Positions 9,977-19,695 are shown, numbered from the stretch's first letter. The stretch is 32,264 nt of DNA from an uncultured Candidatus Saccharibacteria bacterium (GCA_964470765.1 CAYYDV010000004.1:1-32264); one strand, 5' to 3'. Notes: generated by a model from the sequence alone, not told the origin. A program made the numbers and translations.

Positions 9977-10429
9977 ATGAGAATTATTCTTCTTCAAAAT
10001 GTTAAAAATCTAGGAGAGAAATATGAAGTTAAGGAAGTAAAAGATGGCTTCGCCAGAAACTTTTTGATTCCTAAGGGTTTAGCTAAGCCGGCCACTAAAC
10101 AAAATTTGGAGTGGCTGGAAAATCAGAAAGAAACTGAGATAAAAAAAGCCGAAGAAGAATTGAAAAAAACTCAGGAAAGAGCCGAAGCCATTGATGGTCA
10201 TGAAATTATTATTCCGGTTAAAGTAGGAGAAGATAATCAACTTTTTGAATCAATTACCTCTCAAAAAATTTCTGAAAAATTAAAAGAGCTAGGCTTTGAA
10301 GTTAAAAAAGACCAGATTATTATGGAAGAACCAATCAAAGAGTTGGGTGAATTCCCGATAAAGATTAGTTTCAGGCATAATTTAGAGATTGAGATAAGGC
10401 TGATAATTAGTCCCGAAGAAAAACCGTAG
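9977..10429 (+). CDS. rplI: 50S ribosomal protein L9
   Basis: MRIILLQNVKNLG...VKDGFARNFLIPKGLA; PIKELG. Confidence 0.97.
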   Translation: MRIILLQNVKNLGEKYEVKEVKDGFARNFLIPKGLAKPATKQNLEWLENQKETEIKKAEEELKKTQERAEAIDGHEIIIPVKVGEDNQLFESITSQKISEKLKELGFEVKKDQIIMEEPIKELGEFPIKISFRHNLEIEIRLIISPEEKP

Positions 10430-10438
10430 TTTACATTT

Positions 10439-12064
10439 ATGGCTCGATATATTTTTGTTATTGGTGGTGTCATGTCCGGCATCGGTAAAGGAATAGCTAC
10501 CGCTTCCATTGGAAAGCTCTTACAAACCAAAGGTTTTAAAGTAACTGCAATTAAGGTTGACCCTTACATTAACGTTGATGCCGGAACAATGAATCCCATT
10601 GAGCATGGAGAGATTTTCGTAACTAAAGATGGCGTAGAATGCGACCAAGACTTAGGAAACTATGAAAGATTTTTAGACGAGGAGTTAACCACCGACAACT
10701 ATATTACTACAGGTAGAGTCTATCAGGCCGTAATTAATCGAGAAAGAAATTTAGAATACGATGGACGTTGCGTCGAAGTGGTGCCTGATATTCCTAATGA
10801 AGCAATTTACCGAATTAAAAAAGCGGCCCGAAAGACCAGGGCCGATTTTGTTTTAATAGAAATCGGGGGAACAGTAGGGGAGTATCAAAACATGTTGTTT
10901 TTAGAAGCGGCTCGGATGATGAAATTAGAAAACCCGGGAAAAGTCCTCTTCATCCTAATGAGCTATTTACCAGTGCCAGATACTATTGGCGAGATGAAGA
11001 CTAAGCCTACCCAGCAAGCTGCCAAATGGTTGAATATGGCCGGAATTCAGCCAGCTATCATTTTGGCTCGAAGCAAATCTCCTTTAGATAAACCCAGGAA
11101 AAGGAAAATTTCGGTTTTTTGTAATGTTGAAAAAGGAGATGTCATTTCTTCTCCCGATGTTAATTCAATTTACGAAGTTCCCATTAATTTTGAAAAGGAA
11201 AAATTAGGAGATTTAATTTTAAAGAAATTTGGAATCTGGACAAAACGTCATTCTCGGAAAGATTTAAAAGATTGGAGAAAATTAGTCAGGGTGTCAAAAA
11301 CTACTAAGAAACCAGTTAAAATCGGAATGGTGGGAAAATATTTTGAAACCGGGGAGTTCACCTTGATGGATTCCTATATCTCCATAATTGAAGCTATAAA
11401 ACATGCTTCTTGGTATTTTAAGAGGAAGCCTGTGATTCAATGGTTGTCAGCTGAAGGCTACGAGAAGAAGCCTAAAGAGGCTGAATATCTTAAGCAATTC
11501 GATGGAGTTATTGTGCCCGGTGGCTTTGGTGGCCGGGGAATAGAAGGAAAGATTAAAGCTATTGAGTTCTGCCGGGTTAATAAAATTCCTTTCTTAGGAC
11601 TTTGCCTGGGAATGCAGTTGTCAGTAGTAGAGTTTGCTCGGAATGTGGCCAAGATTAAAGAAGCAAACTCAACTGAATTTGCTCCTAAAGAAAAGTATAA
11701 TGTTATCGATATAATGCCCGAACAAAAAGCTCTTTTGCGGGAAAAGAGATATGGGGCAACAATGAGATTAGGAGATTATTTATGTAAAATAAAGCCTCAA
11801 ACAGTTTCTTCTAAGGCCTACCAAAAATCTCTGGTTACTGAACGTCATCGCCATCGTTATGAAGTAAATGATAAATTCAGAAAGACTTTAGAGAAGAAAG
11901 GTTTAGTTATGGCTGGAGTTAATCCTCAAAGAAACTTAGTTGAGATTACTGAGTATAAAAATCATCCTTTCTTTGTCGGGACCCAATTCCATCCTGAATT
12001 TAAATCTCGACCAACCCGTCCCCATCCTTTATTCAGAGAATTCCTGAGGGCCTGTATCAAGTAA
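10439..12064 (+). CDS. pyrG: CTP synthase
   Basis: GGVMSGIGKG, DPYINVDAGTM, KTKPTQ, GLCLGMQ, ERHRHRYE, QFHPEF. Confidence 0.99.
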   Translation: MARYIFVIGGVMSGIGKGIATASIGKLLQTKGFKVTAIKVDPYINVDAGTMNPIEHGEIFVTKDGVECDQDLGNYERFLDEELTTDNYITTGRVYQAVINRERNLEYDGRCVEVVPDIPNEAIYRIKKAARKTRADFVLIEIGGTVGEYQNMLFLEAARMMKLENPGKVLFILMSYLPVPDTIGEMKTKPTQQAAKWLNMAGIQPAIILARSKSPLDKPRKRKISVFCNVEKGDVISSPDVNSIYEVPINFEKEKLGDLILKKFGIWTKRHSRKDLKDWRKLVRVSKTTKKPVKIGMVGKYFETGEFTLMDSYISIIEAIKHASWYFKRKPVIQWLSAEGYEKKPKEAEYLKQFDGVIVPGGFGGRGIEGKIKAIEFCRVNKIPFLGLCLGMQLSVVEFARNVAKIKEANSTEFAPKEKYNVIDIMPEQKALLREKRYGATMRLGDYLCKIKPQTVSSKAYQKSLVTERHRHRYEVNDKFRKTLEKKGLVMAGVNPQRNLVEITEYKNHPFFVGTQFHPEFKSRPTRPHPLFREFLRACIK

Positions 12065-12108
12065 AAAAGCACGTTATTCGTGCTCATAATTTACTGGCTT
12101 CTTGTTTC

Positions 12109-12381
12109 TCATTCTACATCGACAACTTTAAGTGTCCTTTGAGAATTGTCAAACTTCCTCTTTCTCTTAGTGACAAATTTAACTTTCCCTTCCTTAACCG
12201 CATAAAGGGTGTCGTCTCTTCCTCGTCTAACATTTTTACCAGGAAGGAATTTTGTCCCTCTTTGACGAATAATTATCATCCCCGGTCTAACTTTCTGACC
12301 TTCAAAGAGCTTTACCCCTAAGTATTTAGGCTGGGAATCCCTTCCTAATTTTGTTGTTCCGGTAGCTTTAGTCTTAGCCAT
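12109..12381 (-). CDS. rpmA: 50S ribosomal protein L27
   Basis: [30 protein letters not shown]. Confidence 0.98.
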   Translation of the reverse strand: MAKTKATGTTKLGRDSQPKYLGVKLFEGQKVRPGMIIIRQRGTKFLPGKNVRRGRDDTLYAVKEGKVKFVTKRKRKFDNSQRTLKVVDVE

Positions 12382-12389
12382 AATAAACT

Positions 12390-12560
12390 ATGTTAGCAGA
12401 TATAAAAAGAGTTGTCAAAAGCCATAAAAATGATATAATACTCTTAATTACCATTATTCTTGTCTCTTTACTTTCCTTTGCTCTTGGGTATATAATAGCT
12501 AAATATCAGGAAAAAGAGCCAATTAGGATTGACTATGAAGAAATCTCCTTCCAAAAGTAA
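12390..12560 (+). CDS. 56-aa single-pass membrane protein missed by the ORF track
   Basis: ATG 12390 to TAA 12560: MLADIKRVVKSHKNDIILLITIILVSLLSFALGYIIAKYQEKEPIRIDYEEISFQK; overlaps the uppS start. Confidence 0.65.
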   Translation: MLADIKRVVKSHKNDIILLITIILVSLLSFALGYIIAKYQEKEPIRIDYEEISFQK

Positions 12561-13278
12561 AAAAGAAATAAAACTACCATCTCATATTGTTTTGCTTCCT
12601 GACGGTAATCGGCGCTGGGCTAGAGAGAAAAACTTGTCTACTCTTGAAGGTCATTTAGCCGGCTACCAGAATATAAAGAGGTTTTGTCATTGGTGCCAAG
12701 AAAAAGAAATTAAGGTTCTTACTGCTTTTGGTTTTTCAGCAGAAAATTGGAAGAGGCCTAAGGGAGAAGTTAAATATCTGATGCAGTTGCTAGAAGGAGG
12801 TTTAACTGAGGAAATGGAAAAGTACCATCGGGGGGATGACGAATCTTTGTTATTTGGTAAAAAGGTAAAAGTTCGAATAATTGGTCAGAGAAAGAGATTA
12901 CCTTTGAGTTTACAGAAGGCAATTAAGAAGGTAGAAGATTTAACCAAGAACAATAAAGATTATGTTCTGAATTTAGCCATAAGTTATAGTGGCCGCTGGG
13001 ACATCTTACAAGCTATTCAAGATATTATTAAAAAGAAAGTTTCAGCCCGGAAAATTAATGAAGGATTATTTAATAACTATCTCTCAACAGCTAATCTACC
13101 TCCTCCCGATTTAATTATTCGAACTAGCGGGGTGAGACGTTTTTCTAACTTCTTGCTCTGGCAAGCTGCTTATTCCGAACTTTATTTCTCAGATAAGTAT
13201 TGGCCTGATTTTACTGAGAAAGACTTTGATAAAGCTCTGAAAGAATATAGCCAACGTCAGAGAAGGTTTGGAAGGTAA
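12535..13278 (+). CDS. uppS: Undecaprenyl/polyprenyl diphosphate synthase
   Basis: PDGNRRWA, FSAENWKRP, PDLIIRTSG, SNFLLWQ, RRFG. Confidence 0.97.
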   Translation: MKKSPSKSKKEIKLPSHIVLLPDGNRRWAREKNLSTLEGHLAGYQNIKRFCHWCQEKEIKVLTAFGFSAENWKRPKGEVKYLMQLLEGGLTEEMEKYHRGDDESLLFGKKVKVRIIGQRKRLPLSLQKAIKKVEDLTKNNKDYVLNLAISYSGRWDILQAIQDIIKKKVSARKINEGLFNNYLSTANLPPPDLIIRTSGVRRFSNFLLWQAAYSELYFSDKYWPDFTEKDFDKALKEYSQRQRRFGR

Positions 13279-13302
13279 TTTTTGAAAAAAAACTTTAAGA
13301 GT

Positions 13303-13869
13303 ATGATAACTGATGAACTAAAAAAAATCCCCAAGGAACGTTTAATTTTGATAGGAGCTGTTATTGTAGTTATAATTATTATTGCTGTAATGGCTAGTAC
13401 GATGATGAAACCGTCTCCGCCGCCCGAAGAAGTAGAAGAAGAGGAAGAAGAACTAGTCTATGAAGTTGAGGTTGGTGATATAAAATTTAAGTTGAAAGAG
13501 GTGAAAGATAGAGGAGATGTTCTTAAGGCTTCGGAAAGTAAATACCCTAAATCAACAAGAGAAGATTTAACTACTACTGAAAGATTTATTGAAGTAACAA
13601 TAAGTGCCCAGAATATAGGGAAAGATAATATCCGTTTTGGAGGGTGGGAAGTTAAGGAATTAATTGATAGTGAAGAAAGAAACTTTTATTCTTCCCCGCA
13701 ATTAGACAACTGGATTCTAGAAGAAAATAAATGTGGCGATATCTTAAAACCAGGATTTTCTCCGACTTTCTGTACCAAGATATATGAAGTGGCAAAAATT
13801 TCTACTGGTTTAAAGGTAGAGGTTTTGGCTAAAAAAGGAGGCTCGGACTTTATTGATTTGGGAATGTAA
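13303..13869 (+). CDS. Membrane-anchored hypothetical protein
   Basis: Single TM, Pro/Glu linker, beta-rich extracellular domain. Confidence 0.7.
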   Translation: MITDELKKIPKERLILIGAVIVVIIIIAVMASTMMKPSPPPEEVEEEEEELVYEVEVGDIKFKLKEVKDRGDVLKASESKYPKSTREDLTTTERFIEVTISAQNIGKDNIRFGGWEVKELIDSEERNFYSSPQLDNWILEENKCGDILKPGFSPTFCTKIYEVAKISTGLKVEVLAKKGGSDFIDLGM

Positions 13870-13961
13870 TTTAAGCGGAACAAAACCGTAATAATAACCG
13901 TAATAATAAAAAGCCCTACTAGAGGGCCGCTTTTTTTTGTTTTAGTTTATTGATTTGATTT

Positions 13962-14909
13962 TCAGGATGTCTTCTTGATATCTTCCTTCAAGGCCTTAAT
14001 ATATTTTGTTTCCCTTGGATTGACTTTGTTTTCTTTGGCTAAGAAATAAGAGACAAAATCGCCGAACATTATTAAATAAAGAATTCTTTCCAGTTTATTC
14101 TCTCCCTTTCCGTAAACTTCCAATATCTGAGTTTTGTTCCTTATAATTTTTTTAATCCCTTTGATCAAAGCTTTTATTTCTTTTGTTTCTTTTTTGTCTC
14201 TTAGAAATATTAGAGAATATTTCTTATTTAATTTCTTCCAGCTTTCTATCTCATTATGAGCAAGTTCAGGTAAGGTTTTGCTTTCAGAGATTTGCTTTGA
14301 ATTTTCGCTAAATTGACTTTCCCATCTGAAACTTATTGAGGGGTATTGGCTACAGATTAGGGGGAAGGTTTTTTTGATTTTTTTGGCCAAGGCTTTGGCT
14401 TCTTTTTCTATTTTTTCTCCTTCTTTCTTTAACCTTCTAAGATTAAAAGATTCTTTAGTTAAACCTAAAGTTTTTAATATCTTAATTAAAGCCGAGAGTA
14501 AATAAGGTAAACCTTCTCTAGGCAGGAAACCAGGAGGGATTTCTATTAAAGGTATTTTTAATTTCTGGGCTTGAGCTTTAAGCTTGCCTCCAGAGGCTAG
14601 AGCAATAATCTTAGTTTTTCTTTTTATTCCTTGATTGAACTGACTTAAGGTTTCTTGGGTGTTCCCCGAATAACTTAGACAAATTAAGAGAGTATCTTGA
14701 TTAGCAAAGTAGGGGAGGGTATAACTTTTGGAAACTTCCAAAGGAGACTTCAAAATTAAGCCATCCTTTAAAATCTGGCCGGGGATAGCTGAGCCACCCA
14801 TTCCGGCTACGACAATGTTTTTTATTTTTTTATAATTTTTAGGGAGTTTAATTTTTATTGACAACCCCTTTTCAAAATTAGTTGGAAATTTTCTTAAATT
14901 TTGAATCAT
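13962..14909 (-). CDS. Bifunctional phosphoglucose/phosphomannose isomerase (SIS family)
   Basis: GMGGSA, SYSGNTQET, SGGKL, ENSK, PELAHNEI. Confidence 0.92.
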   Translation of the reverse strand: MIQNLRKFPTNFEKGLSIKIKLPKNYKKIKNIVVAGMGGSAIPGQILKDGLILKSPLEVSKSYTLPYFANQDTLLICLSYSGNTQETLSQFNQGIKRKTKIIALASGGKLKAQAQKLKIPLIEIPPGFLPREGLPYLLSALIKILKTLGLTKESFNLRRLKKEGEKIEKEAKALAKKIKKTFPLICSQYPSISFRWESQFSENSKQISESKTLPELAHNEIESWKKLNKKYSLIFLRDKKETKEIKALIKGIKKIIRNKTQILEVYGKGENKLERILYLIMFGDFVSYFLAKENKVNPRETKYIKALKEDIKKTS

Positions 14910-14983
14910 ATTTTTGGATTAAATTCTTCTTTTATTATAGCGGATTAAATCAATGAAAACTACTCTTTTTTCTTATACTTTAT

Positions 14984-15199
14984 CTATTTCATCCAAGGTA
15001 AATCTTTACTGCTTCCGCAAATGTAGCCATCTTTGATATAAGATCCAGTATTACCATGAGAACCGTAGATATAGTTGTCTTTTAAATAAAAACCAGTAGA
15101 GCCGTGGGGGCCATAGATACGATTGTTATGAACATAATACCCTGTATCTTTAGTAGGACTGTAGATTCTATTTTTATAAATTCTAAATTCAGTACTCAT
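14984..15199 (-). CDS. 71-aa protein with 16-aa internal repeats
   Basis: NRIYSPTKDTGYYVHN / NRIYGPHGSTGFYLKD / NYIYGSHGNTGSYIKD. Confidence 0.7.
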   Translation of the reverse strand: MSTEFRIYKNRIYSPTKDTGYYVHNNRIYGPHGSTGFYLKDNYIYGSHGNTGSYIKDGYICGSSKDLPWMK

Positions 15200-15284
15200 A
15201 TTATTTTATTTTAGCATAAAACTAGATTTTTGCTTCTTGATTTTTGACAAAAATAGGATTACTATAAAAGTAGTAAGCTTATTT

Positions 15285-15698
15285 ATGAAGAAGAAACCGA
15301 AAATCTTAATCTTTGAAGATGACCTTTTTATTGAAGATATCTATTTTAAAAAACTGGCTCAGGTTGGTTTTGAAGTAAAAAGCTTTGGGAGTTATCTTGA
15401 TGTGATAAAGTTAGTTATCAAAGAAAAACCCGATATTTTATTAATTGATCTTCTGGTGCCCGGAGAAGTAGATGGTTTCGAAGCTATTAAATTATTAAAA
15501 GAAAATGAGCGAACTAAAGAAGTTCCGATCATAATTGTCAGCAATGTTGATAACAAAGAGCAAGTTAAACTAGGATTAGGTTTAGGGGCAGTAAATTATC
15601 TAGTTAAGGCTCTTCATACTCCAACTGAATTAGCGGCCTTCTTTATAAAACACCTTATAGAAACTGGTAAATTTACTAAAGAAGATTTCAATTTTTAA
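15285..15698 (+). CDS. Stand-alone response regulator receiver domain
   Basis: ILIFEDD, PDILLID, DGFEAI, IIVSN, GAVNYLVK. Confidence 0.9.
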   Translation: MKKKPKILIFEDDLFIEDIYFKKLAQVGFEVKSFGSYLDVIKLVIKEKPDILLIDLLVPGEVDGFEAIKLLKENERTKEVPIIIVSNVDNKEQVKLGLGLGAVNYLVKALHTPTELAAFFIKHLIETGKFTKEDFNF

Positions 15699-15728
15699 AA
15701 ATTAAATAAATATCTCACTTCATCTGTA

Positions 15729-16694
15729 ATGAAAATTAAAGAAATAAAAGCTAATGAATTGGATACTAAGAAATTTATAGAGACAAAAATAAAAGAAATT
15801 AAAAAAATAGTTAGAGACGATTTTGCCATTACCGCTTTATCTGGTGGAATTGATTCTTCGGTAACCACTACTTTGGGAAAAAAAGCATTAGGTGATAGGC
15901 TTAAGGTTTGTTTCGTAGATAACGGTCTGATGAGACAGAATGAACCTCAGAAAGTTGTTTCGTTATTTAAGGGCTTGGGTATTTTTGTTGAGATAATTGA
16001 TGCCAGGAAAGAATTTTTCGATGTCCTAAAGGGTATTACTGATCCAGAAAAGAAAAGAAAAGCTATTCTCCAAACCTTCTATAAAAAAGTTTTTGGCAAA
16101 GCTGTCAAGGAAAGTAGGGCGAAATACCTTTTACAGGGAACTATTTTTACTGACGTAGAAGAAACAGTTGCCGGAATTAAAAGCCAGCACAATGTTCTTG
16201 AACAGATGGGTATTAATTCTCAGGAAGCATTTGGATACAAAGTCATTGAACCTTTGATGCAACTTCGTAAAGACGGTGTAAGAAAGGTAGCAAAAACACT
16301 TAGGTTGCCAGAATCTATATATAACAAAATGCCTTTTCCAGGACCTGCTCTTGCTGTGAGAGTAGTTGGAGAGGTTACACCAGAAAAGATAGATTTAATA
16401 AGAAAAGCAACGGTTATCACTGAAGAAGTATTAGCCGGGACAGGAGCTTTTCAGTATATGGCAATTTTAAATCCACATCGGGTAACAGGAGTAAGAGAAG
16501 GCAACCCAGTGTCTGGGAGACAAATTGAAATTAGATGTTGGGAGAGTACCGATGCAAAAACAGCAAAACCAACCCGGGTGCCCCATCGGACATCAGAAAG
16601 ATTAGCTGAACGAATAACAGCTGAAATTCTTGAGGTAGTAAGTGTAACTTACAATATGACTTCAAAACCGCCCTCGACTATGGAGACTATGTAG
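15729..16694 (+). CDS. guaA: GMP synthase ATP-pyrophosphatase subunit (subunit B, no GATase domain)
   Basis: SGGIDSS PP-loop, LLQGTI, IKSQHNV, PFPGPALA, SKPPSTME. Confidence 0.9.
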   Translation: MKIKEIKANELDTKKFIETKIKEIKKIVRDDFAITALSGGIDSSVTTTLGKKALGDRLKVCFVDNGLMRQNEPQKVVSLFKGLGIFVEIIDARKEFFDVLKGITDPEKKRKAILQTFYKKVFGKAVKESRAKYLLQGTIFTDVEETVAGIKSQHNVLEQMGINSQEAFGYKVIEPLMQLRKDGVRKVAKTLRLPESIYNKMPFPGPALAVRVVGEVTPEKIDLIRKATVITEEVLAGTGAFQYMAILNPHRVTGVREGNPVSGRQIEIRCWESTDAKTAKPTRVPHRTSERLAERITAEILEVVSVTYNMTSKPPSTMETM

Positions 16695-16740
16695 CAATTT
16701 CTTTCTAAACAAAGTGGCTCAATATTTTTTGAGCCAATTT

Positions 16741-16788
16741 TAATTCGAGTGAAGCGGGAATCAAGGTTCTGCCGAAGGCAGGTTCTTA
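16741..16788 (+). repeat. REP/MITE-like dispersed repeat, copy 1
   Basis: Core GAATCAAGGTTCTGC identical in copies at 18286(-) and 30339(+). Confidence 0.75.
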
Positions 16789-16848
16789 TATAATTGACGA
16801 AACTTAAATTATATAATATAATAGGTTATTAAAAAGGAGGTTAAAAAA

Positions 16849-17847
16849 ATGGAAGTAAGGAAAATTTTTTCAGGCAGTTCTTATTCCGAATTGGCAGAAA
16901 AGGTATGTAAAATATTAGGAGTTAAACTCAGCTCTTCTAAAACCTACACTTATAACAGCACAGGATGTTTTGAGCGCCAGCTCCAGGAAAATGTTAAAGG
17001 AAAGAATGTCTATCTGTTTCAAACAGCCATTCCTAATCTATGCGATAACCATCTCCTTAACTGGGAAGGTTTGGAAATGATAGACGCCGCCTCTTTAAAC
17101 GGAGCGGAAAATATTACTCTGGTGGTATCTTACGTTCCTTATGCCCGGTCTGACAAAGTTCCCGGAGACAAGAAGTTTCTTCCCGGAACAAACATTAACG
17201 CTCAGTTACTGATTAGGTGCTGGCAAATAGCAGGCGTAAACAGGGTTGTCGTTGTTGAGCCGCACTCAAAAAGATTTACTACTTTTTTTAACTCAGACTC
17301 TCCTCATTACAAGCTTTACAGATTTACTACCCCTTACGAAATTGACCCTACTGATTTAATTGCTTCGGAAATTAAACCAGAAATAGCCAAAAATCCTGAA
17401 AACTCTATATTAATTACACCTGATGAAGGCGCTTTTGACAGAAATGAAAAACTTCAAAAAATATTGGGTATAAGAATGCTTTGCGCTGAAAAGGACAGAA
17501 AAAGGGATGCTCCCGTTCAATCAATTAGAAAAAACTGGGGCGTAGAAGACACAGAAGGGAAAGACATTTATTTCCGCGACGATGAAATAAGCAGCGCTGA
17601 CACTGTTAAAGGAACATTAAACGGCTTAAAAGCAAATAAAACCATTGTCATTGCAACCCATGGCGTGTTTTCAGAGGGAGCCTTAAAAAATCTTCAACAA
17701 ATAGAAAATCTAGAGAGAATAATTGTTACGGACACTCTCCCGATTTCAAAACCAATAAAAAACGCATTTCCTTTGAAAATCATTTCTGTGGCAGGCCTGA
17801 TAGCTCAAGCAATAATCCAGATAGAAAAAGAAATAAAAATTAACTAA
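16849..17847 (+). CDS. prs: Ribose-phosphate pyrophosphokinase family protein, divergent
   Basis: IFSGSS..ELAEKV, SYVPYARSDK, TPDEGA, DDEISSADT, ATHGVFS, VTDTLP. Confidence 0.88.
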   Translation: MEVRKIFSGSSYSELAEKVCKILGVKLSSSKTYTYNSTGCFERQLQENVKGKNVYLFQTAIPNLCDNHLLNWEGLEMIDAASLNGAENITLVVSYVPYARSDKVPGDKKFLPGTNINAQLLIRCWQIAGVNRVVVVEPHSKRFTTFFNSDSPHYKLYRFTTPYEIDPTDLIASEIKPEIAKNPENSILITPDEGAFDRNEKLQKILGIRMLCAEKDRKRDAPVQSIRKNWGVEDTEGKDIYFRDDEISSADTVKGTLNGLKANKTIVIATHGVFSEGALKNLQQIENLERIIVTDTLPISKPIKNAFPLKIISVAGLIAQAIIQIEKEIKIN

Positions 17848-17883
17848 AAAAGGTGTTTTAACACCTTCTTTTTTATTTTGGCG

Positions 17884-17926
17884 GTAAGAATACTTCGCCC
17901 TAAAAGGCGGAGTAGCTCATTCTTAC
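17884..17926 (+). mobile_element. Possible IS200/IS605-type end remnant
   Basis: ACTTCGCC-CTAAAA-GGCGGAGT-AGCTCA resembles the subterminal hairpin plus TCA tail of that family; no transposase nearby. Confidence 0.35.
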
Positions 17927-17976
17927 TCTTTAATATTAGGCAACCTTTATTGGTATTTTGTGTTATAATTTAGAAT

Positions 17977-18288
17977 ATGAGAATGAAATACTATATTTTA
18001 ATTGGTTTAGTTGGATTGGTTATTGCTTTAACTTTAGTTACTTGTTATTTCCTAAGACCAGAGAAAATCCCGATTTTAGAATCTTCCCAAGAGGAGATTT
18101 CTGAAGAAGCTCCTGGAGAGGAAGTTTCCGAAGAGGGGAGCGTGGAAGAAGAAGTAACCCAAGAAAGTGAAATACGGGCAGCGATAAATGAGATTAAGTC
18201 AATGGTAAATGATTTTACTGATCTTGTTGATTCTATCAATGAGCTTGATGAAGATGAGGATTTGTTAAAAATTTTCCAAGGTGATTAA
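17977..18288 (+). CDS. Membrane-anchored acidic hypothetical protein
   Basis: N-terminal TM, Glu-rich region. Confidence 0.7.
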   Translation: MRMKYYILIGLVGLVIALTLVTCYFLRPEKIPILESSQEEISEEAPGEEVSEEGSVEEEVTQESEIRAAINEIKSMVNDFTDLVDSINELDEDEDLLKIFQGD

Positions 18289-18331
18289 GAACCTGCGGAG
18301 CAGAACCTTGATTCTCGCTTCGCTCGAATTA
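18286..18331 (-). repeat. REP/MITE-like dispersed repeat, copy 2
   Basis: Reverse complement TAATTCGAGCGAAGCGAGAATCAAGGTTCTGCTCCGCAGGTTCTTA. Confidence 0.75.
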
Positions 18332-18333
18332 AG

Positions 18334-18975
18334 ATGAAAAAAGTAATTATTATATTATCAGTCTGCTTTTTAATAACAGTAAGTGCCTCAACAGTAAGCG
18401 CCCAGTTTGATTTTCCAGGCTTAAAACAAATAATCCTTACTGGTATTGATAGAGCTCTAAACAGAATAGACATTATAGAAAGTAAAATAGAAAATAATCC
18501 CCGAATAAGCGACTTAACCAAACAAAGCGTAATTGAGGCCTTAAATATGGTTGAAGAAACCCTGGTATTGTATAAAGATGATGTTGAGAAAGCAGAAACA
18601 TTAAAGGAATTAAGAGCAGCCAATCAGGCAATTATAAAGTACCTTTGGGAAAATAAAGATGTTATTAGAGAAAACATAAGAAAGGCCATTGTTGATATAG
18701 CCAATGAGGCCGTTGAGAAGGCCGAAGAATTCAAAGAAAAAGTTAGACAAGCACTTAAAATATTAAAAGTAGTTTGTCCAGCTGAAAAAGAAACTATTGC
18801 TCAAGTGGAAGCTCAATTAGATCAATTAGAGGAAGAAATAGATATCCTTAAACAAGCAATCAAGTCAAAAGACATTTTAACTATTAGGCGGGAAGTAAAA
18901 GAAATAAGAGAGCTAATTGAAGATATAAGGGATAACTTAGAAAAAATACAAGAATCCTGTTTTGGAGAAGATTAA
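18334..18975 (+). CDS. Secreted helical/coiled-coil protein
   Basis: Signal peptide ending VSA-Q, heptad-rich charged sequence. Confidence 0.75.
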   Translation: MKKVIIILSVCFLITVSASTVSAQFDFPGLKQIILTGIDRALNRIDIIESKIENNPRISDLTKQSVIEALNMVEETLVLYKDDVEKAETLKELRAANQAIIKYLWENKDVIRENIRKAIVDIANEAVEKAEEFKEKVRQALKILKVVCPAEKETIAQVEAQLDQLEEEIDILKQAIKSKDILTIRREVKEIRELIEDIRDNLEKIQESCFGED

Positions 18976-19036
18976 TATTACGCAACGTTTAATTAGTGAA
19001 GTGAAACCGTTAGAGTAGGGAACTGGCGATTTTTTT
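18972..19036 (+). repeat. Half recombination site plus hairpin unit, copy 1
   Basis: Ungapped ~70% match to 19631-19695. Confidence 0.65.
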
Positions 19037-19085
19037 ATCACTGTGATAAAATTATTATAGAGGTATAATAATAAAAAAGTAACCT

Positions 19086-19589
19086 ATGTTAAGAGAATCA
19101 TCTAAAAAACAGAGATTTCAAAAAGGCTTTTCTCTCATAGAATTATCAACTATTGCTATTATTGCGATAGTCTTAATTTCTCTTATTCTTGTTTCGATAA
19201 AACCTAACCAAGCTAAGAGCCGAGACACAAAAAGAGTTGCAGAGATAAATACCATCAGAACAGCCCTTCAACTTTTCTATATGGATAATGGTCGTTATCC
19301 AATAGAAGAAGATGGATATTGGTGTTCAATAGAGGCTGGGGATTCACAAGATATTCCGCCTGTCTGCGAAAATCTCCCAACTGATTTAGAACCTTACCTT
19401 CCTGAAATACCAGGAGACCCTCTTTATGATAGAGGATGGGAGCCACCAGGCAAAAGATTTTCCTATCAATATACATCTACTTCTTCTGGTGCAGGCTATA
19501 AGCTTTACGCTGACTTCGAAATTGGAGATTCTTCTTATGAAGTTTCTTCTTTTCTTGGCAAAGATATAATTTATACTCCACCAGAGTAA
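19086..19589 (+). CDS. Type IV pilin / GspG-like prepilin
   Basis: KG|FSLIEL cleavage motif, hydrophobic helix, KSRDTKR...ALQLFY.DNGRYP, IPGDP. Confidence 0.85.
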   Translation: MLRESSKKQRFQKGFSLIELSTIAIIAIVLISLILVSIKPNQAKSRDTKRVAEINTIRTALQLFYMDNGRYPIEEDGYWCSIEAGDSQDIPPVCENLPTDLEPYLPEIPGDPLYDRGWEPPGKRFSYQYTSTSSGAGYKLYADFEIGDSSYEVSSFLGKDIIYTPPE

Positions 19590-19630
19590 TTCATCTGCAT
19601 TTATGAGCTTCAGGAGCCAAAGGAAGTATT

Positions 19631-19695
19631 ATAATATTGTGCGACATTTAATCAGACGTTAGAAACTGTTAGGGTAGAGAACTAACAGTTTTTTT
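19631..19695 (+). repeat. Half recombination site plus hairpin unit, copy 2
   Basis: ATAATA-TTGTGCGAC-18 nt-AACTGTTAG-N9-CTAACAGTT-T run. Confidence 0.7.

Noticed and set aside
13885-13908. 12-bp tandem repeat ACCGTAATAATA x2
   Set aside because: Simple intergenic slippage duplication with no evident function.
14712-14719. KOPS-like GGGGAGGG pointing toward site B
   Set aside because: A single occurrence is uninformative, and the FtsK-orienting motif of this lineage is unknown to me.
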